Shown piece after piece: positions 10,306 to 22,500 of a stretch of 64,000 bases of DNA (within the stretch, counting starts at the first letter, position 1; the number at the start of each line of letters is the position of its first letter). The notes under the pieces are model-generated. The model was not told where the DNA came from. It saw only the letters and a list, made by a program, of their open reading frames with translations, and searched no databases. This DNA comes from a virus. The stretch is taken from the IMG/VR virus record IMGVR_UViG_3300032214_000801, positions 6,270 through 70,269 of that record; one strand, given 5' to 3'. A program made the translations under genes and the position numbers.

Positions 10306-12330
10306 TTAACAATTCCAAGCTCTAAGTGATTTATTGATTCTCGAATCTGGATCGTTTGCAGTCTTTGCTGAAGTTAATTTTTTCTTCATGCCTTTCATAC
10401 GAGCACAGAAAGAATCTCTGCGTGATCCACCTTCAGGTTGAGGTTTTTTTAAATCACTACCAGGATTTTCTCTTTCGTAGGATTTACGTCCTTTTTCATT
10501 TAAACCACCACTTTCAGACTTTCCCTCTTTTCTCTGCCAAGCAGCTACTTCTTCTATTTTTTCTTCTCCAATTGTTCCATTATTGAGAAGATAATTCTTT
10601 GATTTCGAATTTACAACCTGAATTAGTGGCATTCCAGGTTGAATACCAGAAACATTATATTGAAGAACTAATGCTCCTGGATACACTTTTTGAATTTCAG
10701 AAGTTACATCTTTTCTAGATGGCATTCCTACTTGTGGGAAAAACATTCTAATAGAATAAGTTTTACCTCTCCAAGAAAGAATTACTGCAATAATATTTCC
10801 AGTTTCTCCTTGAAGTCTTGTTGCCTCTTCAAGATCATTATTTGCCATAAAAGCACTCTTTGGAGATACTATTGGTTCTGGCTTAATCAAATCAATAACT
10901 TCGGCATATAATTTTCCATTTGCATCTTCAATAGTTACATCTTCTTTCATTTTCTCTGCTGCTTTGCGCTTGGCAAATTGCATGTATGATTCGCCAGGTT
11001 TTAATTTATTACTATAATCTGGAGAAGTAGATTGTCTACGATCTTCTCTAGCACGTTGGTTAGCACCAGGTCCACCTAATTTACGATCCTGTTCTGGATC
11101 TGGATGCCAGAAATCGGCACGTTCACTAACATCTTTCTTTTTATTTCCCCAGTTTGCTGCACCAACTTTACGACATTTTACAATAGCTCCAGATGCATAT
11201 GCACTTGGCCAAATTTTATATCTTGATTTTACCTTTTCCTTACATGCATCTTCATTTACAAATTCTTCAGTTGCAACATTTTTTGCCTTACCACTTCTTT
11301 CTGCGTTTGGATCTTCTCTTCTTTTTCTTTTCGCTGCTCTTTCTTCTTCTTCAGGTGACATTTCAGCCGCCATTTTAGAACTACCACACTTGGGCTTAGT
11401 AGTTTGTCCTGGCTGTTTTGCGCAAGATTTACCGGCGTATTTACCACCTAATTGAACCCATCCTGGTTTTCCATCACTCGATTTACTTTTTGAAAACCAG
11501 TCATGAAGAGAAGAATCTCCCGATTTAGTTTCTTCCCCTACAGGGACACAATTAGGAACAATCTTTTTTCCTTTCTTTTTCATGCCTTGTTGCTTATATC
11601 CAGTCCAACAAGGATCTTCTTTAATTTCTCCAAGAATTTTATCTACAAGTCTTTCTTCTTTTTTAACTTTTGGAAGTTCGGTAGTTTTTCCTAACTTTCT
11701 TTTTGCCACATCTGCCTCATTGGCATTTGATGATGTAGTTAATGCTTCAATTTTTCTTCTTTTCTTCGCTTCTTTGTGTGCAGTAGGATTTATTGTAAAC
11801 GATTCATCCATTTCTTTACTGTCAACATAATCTGCGGCAGTATCAATATAATCTGCTGCTTTTGTAATTTTTGACTGAACCCAGGCTTCTAAGTTTCCTT
11901 CACCTTTTCCAACTTTCATTTGCAATCTTTTAATTGCATCTTTCATGGTAGCAAGTTCTGAACGTGCCATTGAATATTCTTCATCTTTAACAGAAACTTT
12001 ATCCCATGCCTTTTCGCCATAAGAACATTCAGATCTTGATTCTCTTTTGTCACAAAGTGGACAATATCTTTGCTCTTCGTTAGACTCTTTTACATCTTTA
12101 AATTTTTTATGTTCTTTTTTTGCAGATGCTTCCATTTTCTTTAAACGAGTATAGTAATCTGGGATTTCATCTAAATGTTGAAGAGCAATATCCATTGCAA
12201 GAGTATGATCTTTTGTGTGCTCATGCTCAATTGGTTCTCCCATATCTAGTTGCTTTTGAATAAAAGAAACATCAAGACGATGTTTCTTTGCAATTTGTTC
12301 AACTGTTTTATGAGATTTCAATTTGGGCAT
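10306..12330 (-). CDS. Modular basic protein between gp16 and gp17; candidate internal-head polyprotein
   Basis: 674 aa made of short unrelated Lys/Arg-rich modules, most ending in [VILM]-x-E; own late promoter at 12353-12359. ORF is secure, function is inferred. Confidence 0.7.
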   Translation of the reverse strand: MPKLKSHKTVEQIAKKHRLDVSFIQKQLDMGEPIEHEHTKDHTLAMDIALQHLDEIPDYYTRLKKMEASAKKEHKKFKDVKESNEEQRYCPLCDKRESRSECSYGEKAWDKVSVKDEEYSMARSELATMKDAIKRLQMKVGKGEGNLEAWVQSKITKAADYIDTAADYVDSKEMDESFTINPTAHKEAKKRRKIEALTTSSNANEADVAKRKLGKTTELPKVKKEERLVDKILGEIKEDPCWTGYKQQGMKKKGKKIVPNCVPVGEETKSGDSSLHDWFSKSKSSDGKPGWVQLGGKYAGKSCAKQPGQTTKPKCGSSKMAAEMSPEEEERAAKRKRREDPNAERSGKAKNVATEEFVNEDACKEKVKSRYKIWPSAYASGAIVKCRKVGAANWGNKKKDVSERADFWHPDPEQDRKLGGPGANQRAREDRRQSTSPDYSNKLKPGESYMQFAKRKAAEKMKEDVTIEDANGKLYAEVIDLIKPEPIVSPKSAFMANNDLEEATRLQGETGNIIAVILSWRGKTYSIRMFFPQVGMPSRKDVTSEIQKVYPGALVLQYNVSGIQPGMPLIQVVNSKSKNYLLNNGTIGEEKIEEVAAWQRKEGKSESGGLNEKGRKSYERENPGSDLKKPQPEGGSRRDSFCARMKGMKKKLTSAKTANDPDSRINKSLRAWNC

Positions 12331-12358
12331 TGAACTACACTAAATCTTTTTATATTTA

Positions 12359-12793
12359 TCAACCTTGGCTGTCTTGGGTTTGTTGCTTCAATAATTTTGC
12401 AAGTTCTGCTGTAGAACCCACAAAAAGTGCATTTGTTACATTAGTGGGACCTTTAATATGCCTTTCTTCTTCAACATCTTTTAACTTTTTTTGAAGATCC
12501 ATTAACTTATCGGTTGCATCTGCAACATTCTTGATTAATTGTCCGGCAACTTCGTATGCTCTAGGCATTTCACTTTCCTGAGCTAATTCGAGAATGCCAT
12601 TTATTGCCTCTTGTCCTTTTTCAATTAATGAATACAAGTTTCCTCGTGTATATTCATAATCTTTTTTTATATCGTCTATTGGGGCTTTGATCTCTTCAAT
12701 TTTTTCAATAATTTTTTCTGAGTCTGTTTGTACTATTTCGCTGGAAACATTGAATGCTTCGTTTAATCCGTCGAATTTTTTTGTCATTTTCAT
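12359..12793 (-). CDS. gp16: Terminase small subunit
   Basis: DYEYTRGNL, PRAYEVAGQLIK and FVGSTAEL motifs. Confidence 0.93.
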   Translation of the reverse strand: MKMTKKFDGLNEAFNVSSEIVQTDSEKIIEKIEEIKAPIDDIKKDYEYTRGNLYSLIEKGQEAINGILELAQESEMPRAYEVAGQLIKNVADATDKLMDLQKKLKDVEEERHIKGPTNVTNALFVGSTAELAKLLKQQTQDSQG

Positions 12794-13791
12794 GAGATAG
12801 ATCCACTAAATCCAAAGTCATCGCCTTCTTGTACCAATTGATTGTCGGCTTCTGTAATTGATTTTATTTCTGCCCCAGCAAGATGTGATGTAATCGTAGT
12901 ATTATCCTTTCCGCGTTCAACAGTAAGAATATTGCCATTCTTTGACTTTACAAATACTTCTTCCCCTTCAATATCCAAATAAGTCTTTGCTAAGATTGAT
13001 CCCGAATCATTGACTTGAATTATAGTATCTGATATTGTAATATCCTTAGAAAGGTTTGTTACAACAATTCCAGTATAATTCTGTATTGCTCTTGGTTCTG
13101 AGGAGTAAACAACTTCCCTAGTCGTTGAAGATGATGGTTCTCCAGAAGAAATACTGACAGTAGATTTTTTGATAATATCTTTTGTTGCAGTAGAAACTGG
13201 ACCAAACAAATATGTTTTTGCAGTAAATCTTAGAGTATAAACTAATGTTCTTCTTGTAGTAAAATCTCCTTCATAATCATCCATCATAGTTATATTTTCT
13301 AGGATTATCGGTATATCCCTCTTTTCATCAATCTCATTAATCAATTCGATTGACATATTGTATGAAGGTTGAAAATATGGCAAAATTTGTTCAACTACTT
13401 GCAAAACATCATCATTCAATTTTGACATTATTGACAATTCAAAATTAATATTATATGGAACAGGCATATATGCCTTTTTAGTTTGAGTTCCATCTGATGA
13501 AGATTTTGAAAGAAAAGTCTGAGTCGTAGTAACTTTTCTTGTCGCATCATATTGTATACCAGTCATTTCAAATGACATTCTTGGAAGAGTCATTTGAACT
13601 GGCTTACTTAGATCTGGCGATTGCTCTAAGCGAGCCAAAAATTTCTGAGTGGGTCCATATGCCAAAGGTACTTTTATTACGCTTACAACTTCACCGGAAT
13701 TATTTGTATGCTTAATGGATATATTGTTGAATAAAGATCCAAATCCAATAATAGTTCTTCTAAAAATTTCGTGATAAAAATACTCAAACAT
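12790..13791 (-). CDS. gp15: Tail sheath stabiliser/terminator with C-terminal extension
   Basis: YFYHEIFRRTIIGFGSLFN, VPLAYGP, LPRMSFE and EQILPYFQP motifs. Confidence 0.93.
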   Translation of the reverse strand: MFEYFYHEIFRRTIIGFGSLFNNISIKHTNNSGEVVSVIKVPLAYGPTQKFLARLEQSPDLSKPVQMTLPRMSFEMTGIQYDATRKVTTTQTFLSKSSSDGTQTKKAYMPVPYNINFELSIMSKLNDDVLQVVEQILPYFQPSYNMSIELINEIDEKRDIPIILENITMMDDYEGDFTTRRTLVYTLRFTAKTYLFGPVSTATKDIIKKSTVSISSGEPSSSTTREVVYSSEPRAIQNYTGIVVTNLSKDITISDTIIQVNDSGSILAKTYLDIEGEEVFVKSKNGNILTVERGKDNTTITSHLAGAEIKSITEADNQLVQEGDDFGFSGSIS

Positions 13792-13834
13792 AGTATTGGT
13801 ACTTTTTAGTATTACTATTTAACAGTTTTACTAA

Positions 13835-15256
13835 CTAGGGCATTCCAAATGGATTTTTTTCTGAGAAATCTACAATTTTATCTGCCTCTAGTTCTATATC
13901 ACTATTATCCGCATATCCATCTGCGATTGGATCATCATTCACTGAATTTAACATGTAGTATGCGCTAGAAGCTGCTCCTACAATATTTTCTCCAACTAGG
14001 AATTCTCCACTGACAGTAGAAACTTCCAATCTATTATTGATAGCACTCCAGGATTTTACTCTTGCAGTTGTACCACTTATTGATCCAGTTACAACTTCAT
14101 TAAATTGATAAGTTCCAGTGCCAGTTAGATTTGGATTTACAATTCTTACGGTTGGTGTTTGCGTATAACCAAGTCCTGCATTTGTAATTCTGATAGCGGT
14201 TATTGATCCTGCAGCACTTATTACCGCAGTTCCCGTTGCAGAGACAATACCAACACCAGTGAAGATTACATTCGGAGAAGTTGAATATCCAGATCCTCCA
14301 TTTGTAATCGTAACAATACCAATTATTCCATTTCCTATTGAAGCTGTAGCAGCGGCACCAGATCCCCCTCCACCAATAAATCTAACTCCTGGTGGAGAAG
14401 TGTAACCAAAACCAGGATTTATTAGTGATACACTTTGAACCGATCTTGCATTTGGATTTACATTATCATTACATACAACGATCCCGCCAATCATCGTTGC
14501 AGTGCCTATTCCACTTATTCCACCAATTGGAGCGGATGAAATTCCAACTTTGGGGGTTGAGGTATATCCTCCTCCTCGGTTAGTAACTGTTATGAGTCTA
14601 ATACCACCATTGATAAGTCCTGTAACTGCTGTTGCAGTTACTCCGGCGCCAATAAGAGTTAATGTCTGAGTAACTCCAACGGATCCAATTTCACTTCCAG
14701 TTCCATCTTCATTTGTTCCATCTATTGCATCATCAACATCAGGATATCCTGTATCAATGACTTCATCTTCATATCTGAAAAGTTCACATCTTAGTTCGTA
14801 AGTGTAGTTCTTTAATAATTGATAAAAAGGTTTTTCGTGTTCGACATATTTGATTTCAAATACACGTTTACCAAGGGGAAAATATATTAAATCTCCTTCT
14901 TTTGGGCGATTTGAAATTTTAATATAACTTTTTGCTTGTATTAGTGGTGTGATATATGTTGAAAATCTTTCCTTAGAAATTACTAAGACTAATTCATTTA
15001 ATGCTTGAATACCAAATTTTGATAAAATCGTTGGATTGTCTCCATATCCCTCATATGATCCCAAATATGCTTCAATTGGATATGCATCATCAAATAAAGA
15101 TTCAATAACTTCTTTTATAACTGTTTTTTCTGTTACATACTTTCTTGGTAAGTAATATACTTCAACACCATACATTTTGATCTGTTCATTGATCAGATCT
15201 TGTACTAAATTTTGTTCTCCGCTACTTCCTTGTAGAAAAAATGGGTTAAGTGACAT
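13835..15256 (-). CDS. gp14: Neck protein with Gly-rich repeat insertion
   Basis: YGVEVYYLPR, PKEGDLIYFP and FEIKYVEHEKPFYQL motifs; C-terminal DFSEKNPFG. Confidence 0.92.
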   Translation of the reverse strand: MSLNPFFLQGSSGEQNLVQDLINEQIKMYGVEVYYLPRKYVTEKTVIKEVIESLFDDAYPIEAYLGSYEGYGDNPTILSKFGIQALNELVLVISKERFSTYITPLIQAKSYIKISNRPKEGDLIYFPLGKRVFEIKYVEHEKPFYQLLKNYTYELRCELFRYEDEVIDTGYPDVDDAIDGTNEDGTGSEIGSVGVTQTLTLIGAGVTATAVTGLINGGIRLITVTNRGGGYTSTPKVGISSAPIGGISGIGTATMIGGIVVCNDNVNPNARSVQSVSLINPGFGYTSPPGVRFIGGGGSGAAATASIGNGIIGIVTITNGGSGYSTSPNVIFTGVGIVSATGTAVISAAGSITAIRITNAGLGYTQTPTVRIVNPNLTGTGTYQFNEVVTGSISGTTARVKSWSAINNRLEVSTVSGEFLVGENIVGAASSAYYMLNSVNDDPIADGYADNSDIELEADKIVDFSEKNPFGMP

Positions 15257-15260
15257 TGGA

Positions 15261-16103
15261 TTAACCTATCATATCTAAAGGTGGTAATTCATAAGTATTT
15301 GACATCTTCTCCATCAAGATATCAATTTCTCTTTGCGCATCATCAAATAATTGTCTTCCATTTAACTCAACTCCTCCAGGAAGTTTTACACCTTGGAATT
15401 TAATTAAATTTTGTCCCCATTGACGTTTAATTAGTGATGTTAAATACGGCTTTATAAATGAATCATTCCAAACTCTAGAATAATCATTTGGATTTAAAAC
15501 TGAATAGCAATCAATAATAAAGAAACTTCCTTCATTAACAGCAGCCCAATCAATATCCAAATATAATCTATCTTGTCTTTTATTAAATCTAATCTGCTTT
15601 TGAGTGGTAAGTAAAAAATCCAAATCTTCTAAGTATGTCTTTACCATTGCATAACTTAGGATTTCAGTTGCTCCCCAGTAGTAAACATCGTTTAAGAACA
15701 ACTGATACTTCACACTAAACATATTGTGAGTGATTGAATTTGCTCCATCGTAATGGAAAATTTTATTAACTCCAATTACTGATGGCGGAACTTGCAAATA
15801 ATTACTATTTTCATAATAATTGAAAGTTACTGCAGTTCCAACTATATTGGTATTTACTGAAGTAGTTGAGATGCCAACCCCATTGGCAGGTCTCCCTCTT
15901 CCTCTATCAATATCATCTTGAGTTACTTTGTATTTGAAAAATGTTGGATATACGCCATCAAAATGCCTTTCTTGGAAAAACTGAACAGCATCATCCACTA
16001 GATCATCAATTTGCTCATCTGCAACGTTGATTTCTAAAACAGGATACCCTAATTTTCTCTTGCAATAATCTATTAATTCTTGCCTAGTAGATGGTTGAGC
16101 CAT
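15261..16103 (-). CDS. gp13: Neck protein
   Basis: LGYPVLEINV and QWGQNLIKFQGVKLPGGVELNG motifs. Confidence 0.95.
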   Translation of the reverse strand: MAQPSTRQELIDYCKRKLGYPVLEINVADEQIDDLVDDAVQFFQERHFDGVYPTFFKYKVTQDDIDRGRGRPANGVGISTTSVNTNIVGTAVTFNYYENSNYLQVPPSVIGVNKIFHYDGANSITHNMFSVKYQLFLNDVYYWGATEILSYAMVKTYLEDLDFLLTTQKQIRFNKRQDRLYLDIDWAAVNEGSFFIIDCYSVLNPNDYSRVWNDSFIKPYLTSLIKRQWGQNLIKFQGVKLPGGVELNGRQLFDDAQREIDILMEKMSNTYELPPLDMIG

Positions 16104-16126
16104 TTATACTATCCACTTTAAAATAT

Positions 16127-16306
16127 TTATGAATTAATCTTTATTAGATCTTTAACAACTTCTTGCTGCTTTAAATACAGCTTCATATATGCCTTTGCAA
16201 TATTTCTAATAGACTCTATTTCTTCAATAGAGTCTATTTCAATGCATACTTTTTGGTATTCAAAACTTTTTGATAAATCTTCTAGTACGATGTCATTTGG
16301 ATCCAT
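16127..16306 (-). CDS. 59-aa helical protein, possibly NblA-like
   Basis: Manual ORF below the track cutoff: MDPNDIVLEDLSKSFEYQKVCIEIDSIEEIESIRNIAKAYMKLYLKQQEVVKDLIKINS; GGAG RBS 8 nt upstream; fills the gap before the gp13 promoter. NblA identity is inferred. Confidence 0.6.
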   Translation of the reverse strand: MDPNDIVLEDLSKSFEYQKVCIEIDSIEEIESIRNIAKAYMKLYLKQQEVVKDLIKINS

Positions 16307-16520
16307 TAATTAAACTCCGTAGTAAATTTTTAATTTCATCAATATCACCTTTCATACTAGCAAGATCCTCTTCAAAGTTTTGTATTTTTTGATTCTCTTT
16401 ATCTTTTGCCTCCTTTCTTTTGAGATACTCATTATATTCAGCCATATTAGTATTGATAATTGAGTTATTTTTTGGATCTCTAACTAAATTTGAGTATCCT
16501 TCAACTTTAATATATGTCAT
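16293..16520 (-). CDS. Small hypothetical coiled-coil protein
   Basis: 75 aa; start overlaps the stop of the upstream giant gene. Confidence 0.75.
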   Translation of the reverse strand: MTYIKVEGYSNLVRDPKNNSIINTNMAEYNEYLKRKEAKDKENQKIQNFEEDLASMKGDIDEIKNLLRSLINGSK

Positions 16521-19500
16521 TATGCAAGAGCGATGACTTTCAGATCTCTAATTCTTGGAGGATATGCTTGATTCGTTGATGTAAGAACAATCTTAATTCT
16601 ATAAGAATTAAAACTTGGTAAATTATTAATGGTAAACTTATATTCCTTAAACTCAAGAGTTGGCGAAGAAAACCCTAGAGAAGATGATGGAGGAATATAT
16701 GAATCTGGTTTGCCATTATTGTTGGCAGCACTAATAATTTGTTTGTTGCTATCCAAGTTATCCCATCCTGGGAAAGGAATGAAAATAGGATCAAAGTTCT
16801 GTTTATTGTCAATTGCATAGAATGCACGGATGTCCGAATAAACATTCATATGTCCATCAAGAATTACTTGAATAGAAGTTGCTGGATTAATCAAATTAGT
16901 TTCTTTAGAAACATATTGGCATGATGTTGGATCCAAATCAATAGAATTCACTCTCTTATCAGTTGCATAATTTGTAATAGGACTATCAATTCTATTTGAT
17001 GTCAGAATTACATTTGTTCTCTCTAGATCAATTACTGGACTTACTTTAGAGTCTAAAGATGAGAGGATAAGTCTCATATTAAATGACTTATTATCTGGCA
17101 GGTTATTTAACTTATAGTACTCATTTACTTGGGAACAAATAATGCGGGTACTATCCAAATAATTCGATTCATTCAGAGATACGAATTCGTATCCATTGTC
17201 AACATATGCAAGTTCATTTCCATTAATACTTCTACCAGTAATAGTTCTTATTTCTGCATCAATGTTGGTGCTTCTCACTGTCATATTTTGAATCATTGGA
17301 GTGATGATTTCATATGGCATATTCTGAGTTGCAAAGACATTGGATCCACCAGTTGTCTTAGTTTCGTTGAAATATAATTTGGGGAAACTTAAACCATCAG
17401 ATCTTCCAACTCCACTTGTAGAAGACATGTCAATTGGTAATGTATAAGAATCGAATGTGATTGGAGTGTTACCTGTATAATTTCCGAGATAATGAATCTT
17501 ATTGATTCTTCTCAGAGAAACTCCACTAAGTTCATATTTGGAAACTGGTGTTCCAGGTGCATGATTCTTAGGAGTAGTTCCATCAATACCTCTTGTAATA
17601 ATTCCTCCAAGTTGGTTTCCATAAGATGAAGTATAAGAAATGATTTCATCTCCAACTAAAGCATAACCAACATTGGTAGTTCCAATTCCAATATTTTCAA
17701 AAGTATTGAAGAGATTGATACTTTGAACTGACAATGGAGCTACAGAGTCACTCTTATATTCAAGAATTAATTGAGTTGATGCAGAGTCTGATTGTACTCC
17801 TTCAATTCTTACATAGTTGTCACTAAAATACATTCCATGATTTCTATGATTTACATTGATTGATTTGCCATCAGCTAGGACAGAAATTCTATTAATCGTT
17901 ACATTACCACCAACAGCGGCATTTAGATCTGTAACTAAACCAACTCTATTGATAAATCTTACAGTTGCACCAACACCAACATTGAAATCTCCCTGAACAT
18001 TATCAAGAACTAGTTCATTTGTGCTAGCAATAGAAACAACAGATAATCTCAAATCTTTTCCTTCTGGAGAAGAACCTAATTTGGTTACACTCAGAACATC
18101 GCCTGCTTGATAACCACTTCCACCATTTGAAATAGTCGCTGCTACTGCAACACCATTTGTAACGGTAATATTTGCCGTCGCATTTACACCAGATCCAGTT
18201 ATTGAGGTTAGTGCAACTCCAGCAAAGGTATATGATCCTCCCATCGTGAATGATGGAGTATATCCTATTCCTGGATTGACAATAGAAAGTGTAGAGAATG
18301 CAGAACCTGCACTTCCAACATAATTTCCGCGAGCATTACTATTTCCTTGCAGTACTGTGGCACCAACTAGTAGATTTGGATCTACAACCGTTGCACCAAG
18401 TCCAACTCTAAGTCTTCTTGAATTGGTAGCAATACTATCTGGAAGTAAATTTGCAATTTGATTATTGCCTTTCGATAAAGGAGGATTTCTAAGATCAAGC
18501 GTTCCATTCAGTAAGAAATCTGCTCTATACAATACGAATTTCAAATCTTCCCATTGACTTGGATCCCAAGTAGATGCATTTTGAGATTTAAATAGTGATC
18601 CAAGGTAAGGTTGGGTTGAAATATACTCTCTAGTAGTGATATCATTTTCTCCAACTCTAGAAATAAAGACATTATATGCTGAAGAGTTTGATAATAAAAC
18701 AATTGCATATTCTTTTTGCCCTTCTAAGTAAACTGGAGCCTCAAAAACAAATGTAGTTGCAACAGATCCGTCATCAGATAGATTTACTTGACTTGGACGT
18801 AAAACAATTTCTGAAAATGGAAGTATCTTAGTAGTGGGAGTTCCCAATTCAACAGTTCTAATTTGAAGAGTAACCGGAACGTTGGTAGTATCTTTGGTTT
18901 TAAAGAAAATATCACACTTTGATAAGAAGATGCCGGCTGGTTCCTCAACAAAGAATGATTCTGCTAGTGGATCGTAGTATCCAACTAAAACTCTACTTGA
19001 AGTACTTGAAACTACATTTGAAGATACTAATGCACTAGTCGTTTGAGATGCGGCTCTTGATTCTGTTGTACTTTGAACTTCAACACGGGCATTCCTTACT
19101 GCAAGAATATTTTCTTGCACAACTTCAATTGTTCCTTGGGATGTAAATCTTTCTTCAGCAAACGTAGTGGAAGTTGGTTTGCTGTTTGAAGTATTATTGA
19201 TTAAAGTAAATACCTTTTGTCCGGCAAGGAATCTTGGGAAACCAACAACATCCGGTGGAATAAAGAAACTACCTCTAACTTCTGCAGCAATATCTGAAAG
19301 CAATCTAACACTAGTGATTCTAGCTTGAGCTTTACTTGTCTGCCCAACAAGGATCATATCCTGCGCAACCCATCCAGAATATTCTCCTTGTGGTTGATTT
19401 GAAAGCGAGAACAAGTCAACATTCAAGATAGTGGATGTTGAAGAATATGTGCTTGGTAGAGTTCCTGCAGTGTATGGATTTTGTGGATAAGTTAATATTG

Positions 19501-22500
19501 GTGAATTATATGGACCTTCTGCATGATTTGATGTTGCTACTCTGAAGGTTATGCCTGGTACAGATTGCTGCCAATTGATACCAGTTCCTGTTGCTGGAGA
19601 TCTTCCAACAACATTTTCGCCAACTTGGAAAACTCCGGAAATCATTTGAATTTCTAAGAGTTTCGGTGTGCAGAATCTTGTTACGTTGATTCCGTCAAAG
19701 AATGCATATAACTCAGTTGATGGCTTAACTCTCTTACCTGTCCAAGTTATATTACGTGATCTCATATATGGAATAAGATCACGACTTACTGTTCTATCGC
19801 CAAGTGAAGTTCTGTCGATTTGTTCTACAACTGATGTTCTAGTATTTGTCCTAGTTGAAGTTCCAGTTAAAGTTGTAGTTCTTGTAGTATCTCTCCTAGT
19901 AGTTACTGTTTGAGTTCCCCAAACTGGTAGAATCCCTCCACCAGTTGAACCTTGCCACGCACCGCCACTAGTAGTAGTTCTTGTTGATGAAGTATCTACA
20001 AAACTAGATCCCGTCCAAATAGTCTGCCAAGATCCCCATACTGTTGGTGCAAGTCCTGTTTGAGGATCTACTCCAAATCTTCTTGAGGCATCTGCCATTA
20101 CTGTTGCATAATTACCTTCGGCATTAATTGTTCTTGCCTCGATTCTTTGAGTAGAAACCCAAGTATCTGAAGATGGAGTAAGTTCAAGTGTTCCTTGCCA
20201 GAAAGTAATAACGAAAGGAGTTACATTTTCGGTTCTAGTTGCAAATCTTTGAGCCAACCATTCAACTTCTGAATAGTCGAGAGTTACAATATCCTTATTT
20301 TTTCTTACATTAATTCCTGTTGGAGCAGTATATTGTAAATCTGGCTTTTGCTCAGAAGAAACAAATTGTCCGATTGAACTTCCAATAGAAGTTACAGAAG
20401 CTGCGGTTATATCTAAAGAATTTGTAAAGTGAGAAGCTCTTAATTCATTAGTCTTTGGATCAATACTATTTTTGAATATAACTCCATTTTCTTGAGAATC
20501 TAAAGATGTAAAGTTATCGACAAAGAATCCGGATTTAAATTTATTTAATCCGTCATTATCAGGAATAAATAGATTTTCTGTTTTTGTTTCTAATAATGAA
20601 AGCGCAGTATAATATTCTAAATTTTGAATTCTAGTTTCTAATTTTCTGATATCAGACATCTGATATCTCTTATATTCTAAGAAATTGAAACTTACATCTG
20701 ATATATTATACAGGTATGCTGGAATACTTACTGATGCAATTTCTATAGCATCGTCAACTAAAATAGGTCTTTCAGGATTTTCTGATGGAGTTCCATATTT
20801 TACTTGGAAAACTCCATCTTTTGTGAGGAAAATTCTATCTATTCTTGGGAGATAGAATGAATAATCAACAACAATATCTTCATCAGAAGCTAGAATGTTT
20901 GAAGAAGAATTTCCGTTCTGAGTAAATACTCTTCCATAAAATTCTAGGGGAGATCTTATTCCTTCGTTTACACTATAATCTGAAACTCTAGGTCTAATAT
21001 CGATGATATCACCGTTACTTACCCCATCAAAGAATTGAATATCTTTTTTATAATCAAAGTTTCTATATGAATTTACTGTTGTAATATCCCCATCATCGGA
21101 TCCATCATAATATCCATTTGAAAAATATGCTTTTAGTTTTCTAACAGGTGATAGAGAATCTGATTTTCTCTTAATGTATCCATAATCATAGAAAAACTTA
21201 TTTTGTCCAATTCCGTAGACATAATTTCCAGAAATATTTTTACTTGGAGTATCAAGAGTTCTAATTACGCATTGAACTCCACTTTCCAAACAGTTAATAG
21301 TTTCACCTTCTCTAAATGAAAGTTCATTCTTCATTAGGAATGAAATAGTCGAATCATCTATTAACTCCGCTACAATAGCGGAAGCATTACTACTTTGCCC
21401 AACTATAGTTTCTCCAATTACCAAATCTGTGGTTTGTCCACTTGAACCGTTGATTGCAGAAAATACTGCTGTTGGTGCAGATGGAACTGTATCATCATAG
21501 GATTCAAAAATTCCATGAAGTTCTATAATATCAGCACTGTTTAAGGAGATTATTTCATCCTGAACTCTTGTGCCATAAGGATATGCTCCGTATGCTAGTC
21601 CATCATTAGTTGTTGTTGATCCAATTCCAGAAGATGAATACTTGGATTTATCGATAATAATACTTGAAACTCTATCTTTTCTCTTTATTTTCTCTTTAAC
21701 GTTAATTTTTTTCAATGTTGCAACTAAAGTTGCTCCAGTATCATTGGAACCAAGTCCATAGATTTGAAGTTCGCTTCCACCATTTGTGATTTCGAACTTA
21801 TCTGATGTCAGTACCTCATAATTGCCATCAGATCTTACAAGAGTGTATCTTTCCTCATCAAATGGTAAAAATGTCTCATTTGTTTGTGCAACTACGGTTG
21901 TTGAAAGACGATTTCCTGCAATATTGACTTTATATGTCTTTCTGATTACTAAAGATGCTCCACTTAAATTAACTGAAGCAATATTTCTCTTTGGAAGTCT
22001 TGTGTAGAAGCTATTGTCAGATGAAGAATCTAATTTGCTTTCAATAATTTGGAGATTTGATACTGTAGTCGTTGCTGTTGGTAATGTTGACGAATTAATT
22101 CCTGCAACTGATTGAATTGAAGCAATTTCAACAGATGTTTTACCAACACTTACAACTTTTGCATAAATTTTATTTGGATAATTTAAGTCAGTATATGAAA
22201 CTAGATTAGTATTTGCTACTAATGATCCTGGGAATTGAGCATTTGCCGCAATTACTGTGCTTGTGTTTAGAACATAGCTGATACTTACACCAGCTCCTAT
22301 AGGCATTGCAGAAACATTTGTAAATGTAACAGCAGTACCTGAAACTATTGAGGATGTATTTAAGAAAGTTACAGCTGCCCCAACTGATGCTGTGTATGGG
22401 GTTGTAAATCCTACTCCAATTGTTACGAATGTGTTGCCAATCGATGCTACAGGAACATATGTCAGTGCAATACCAACTCCAGATCCTACACTGATAGAAC

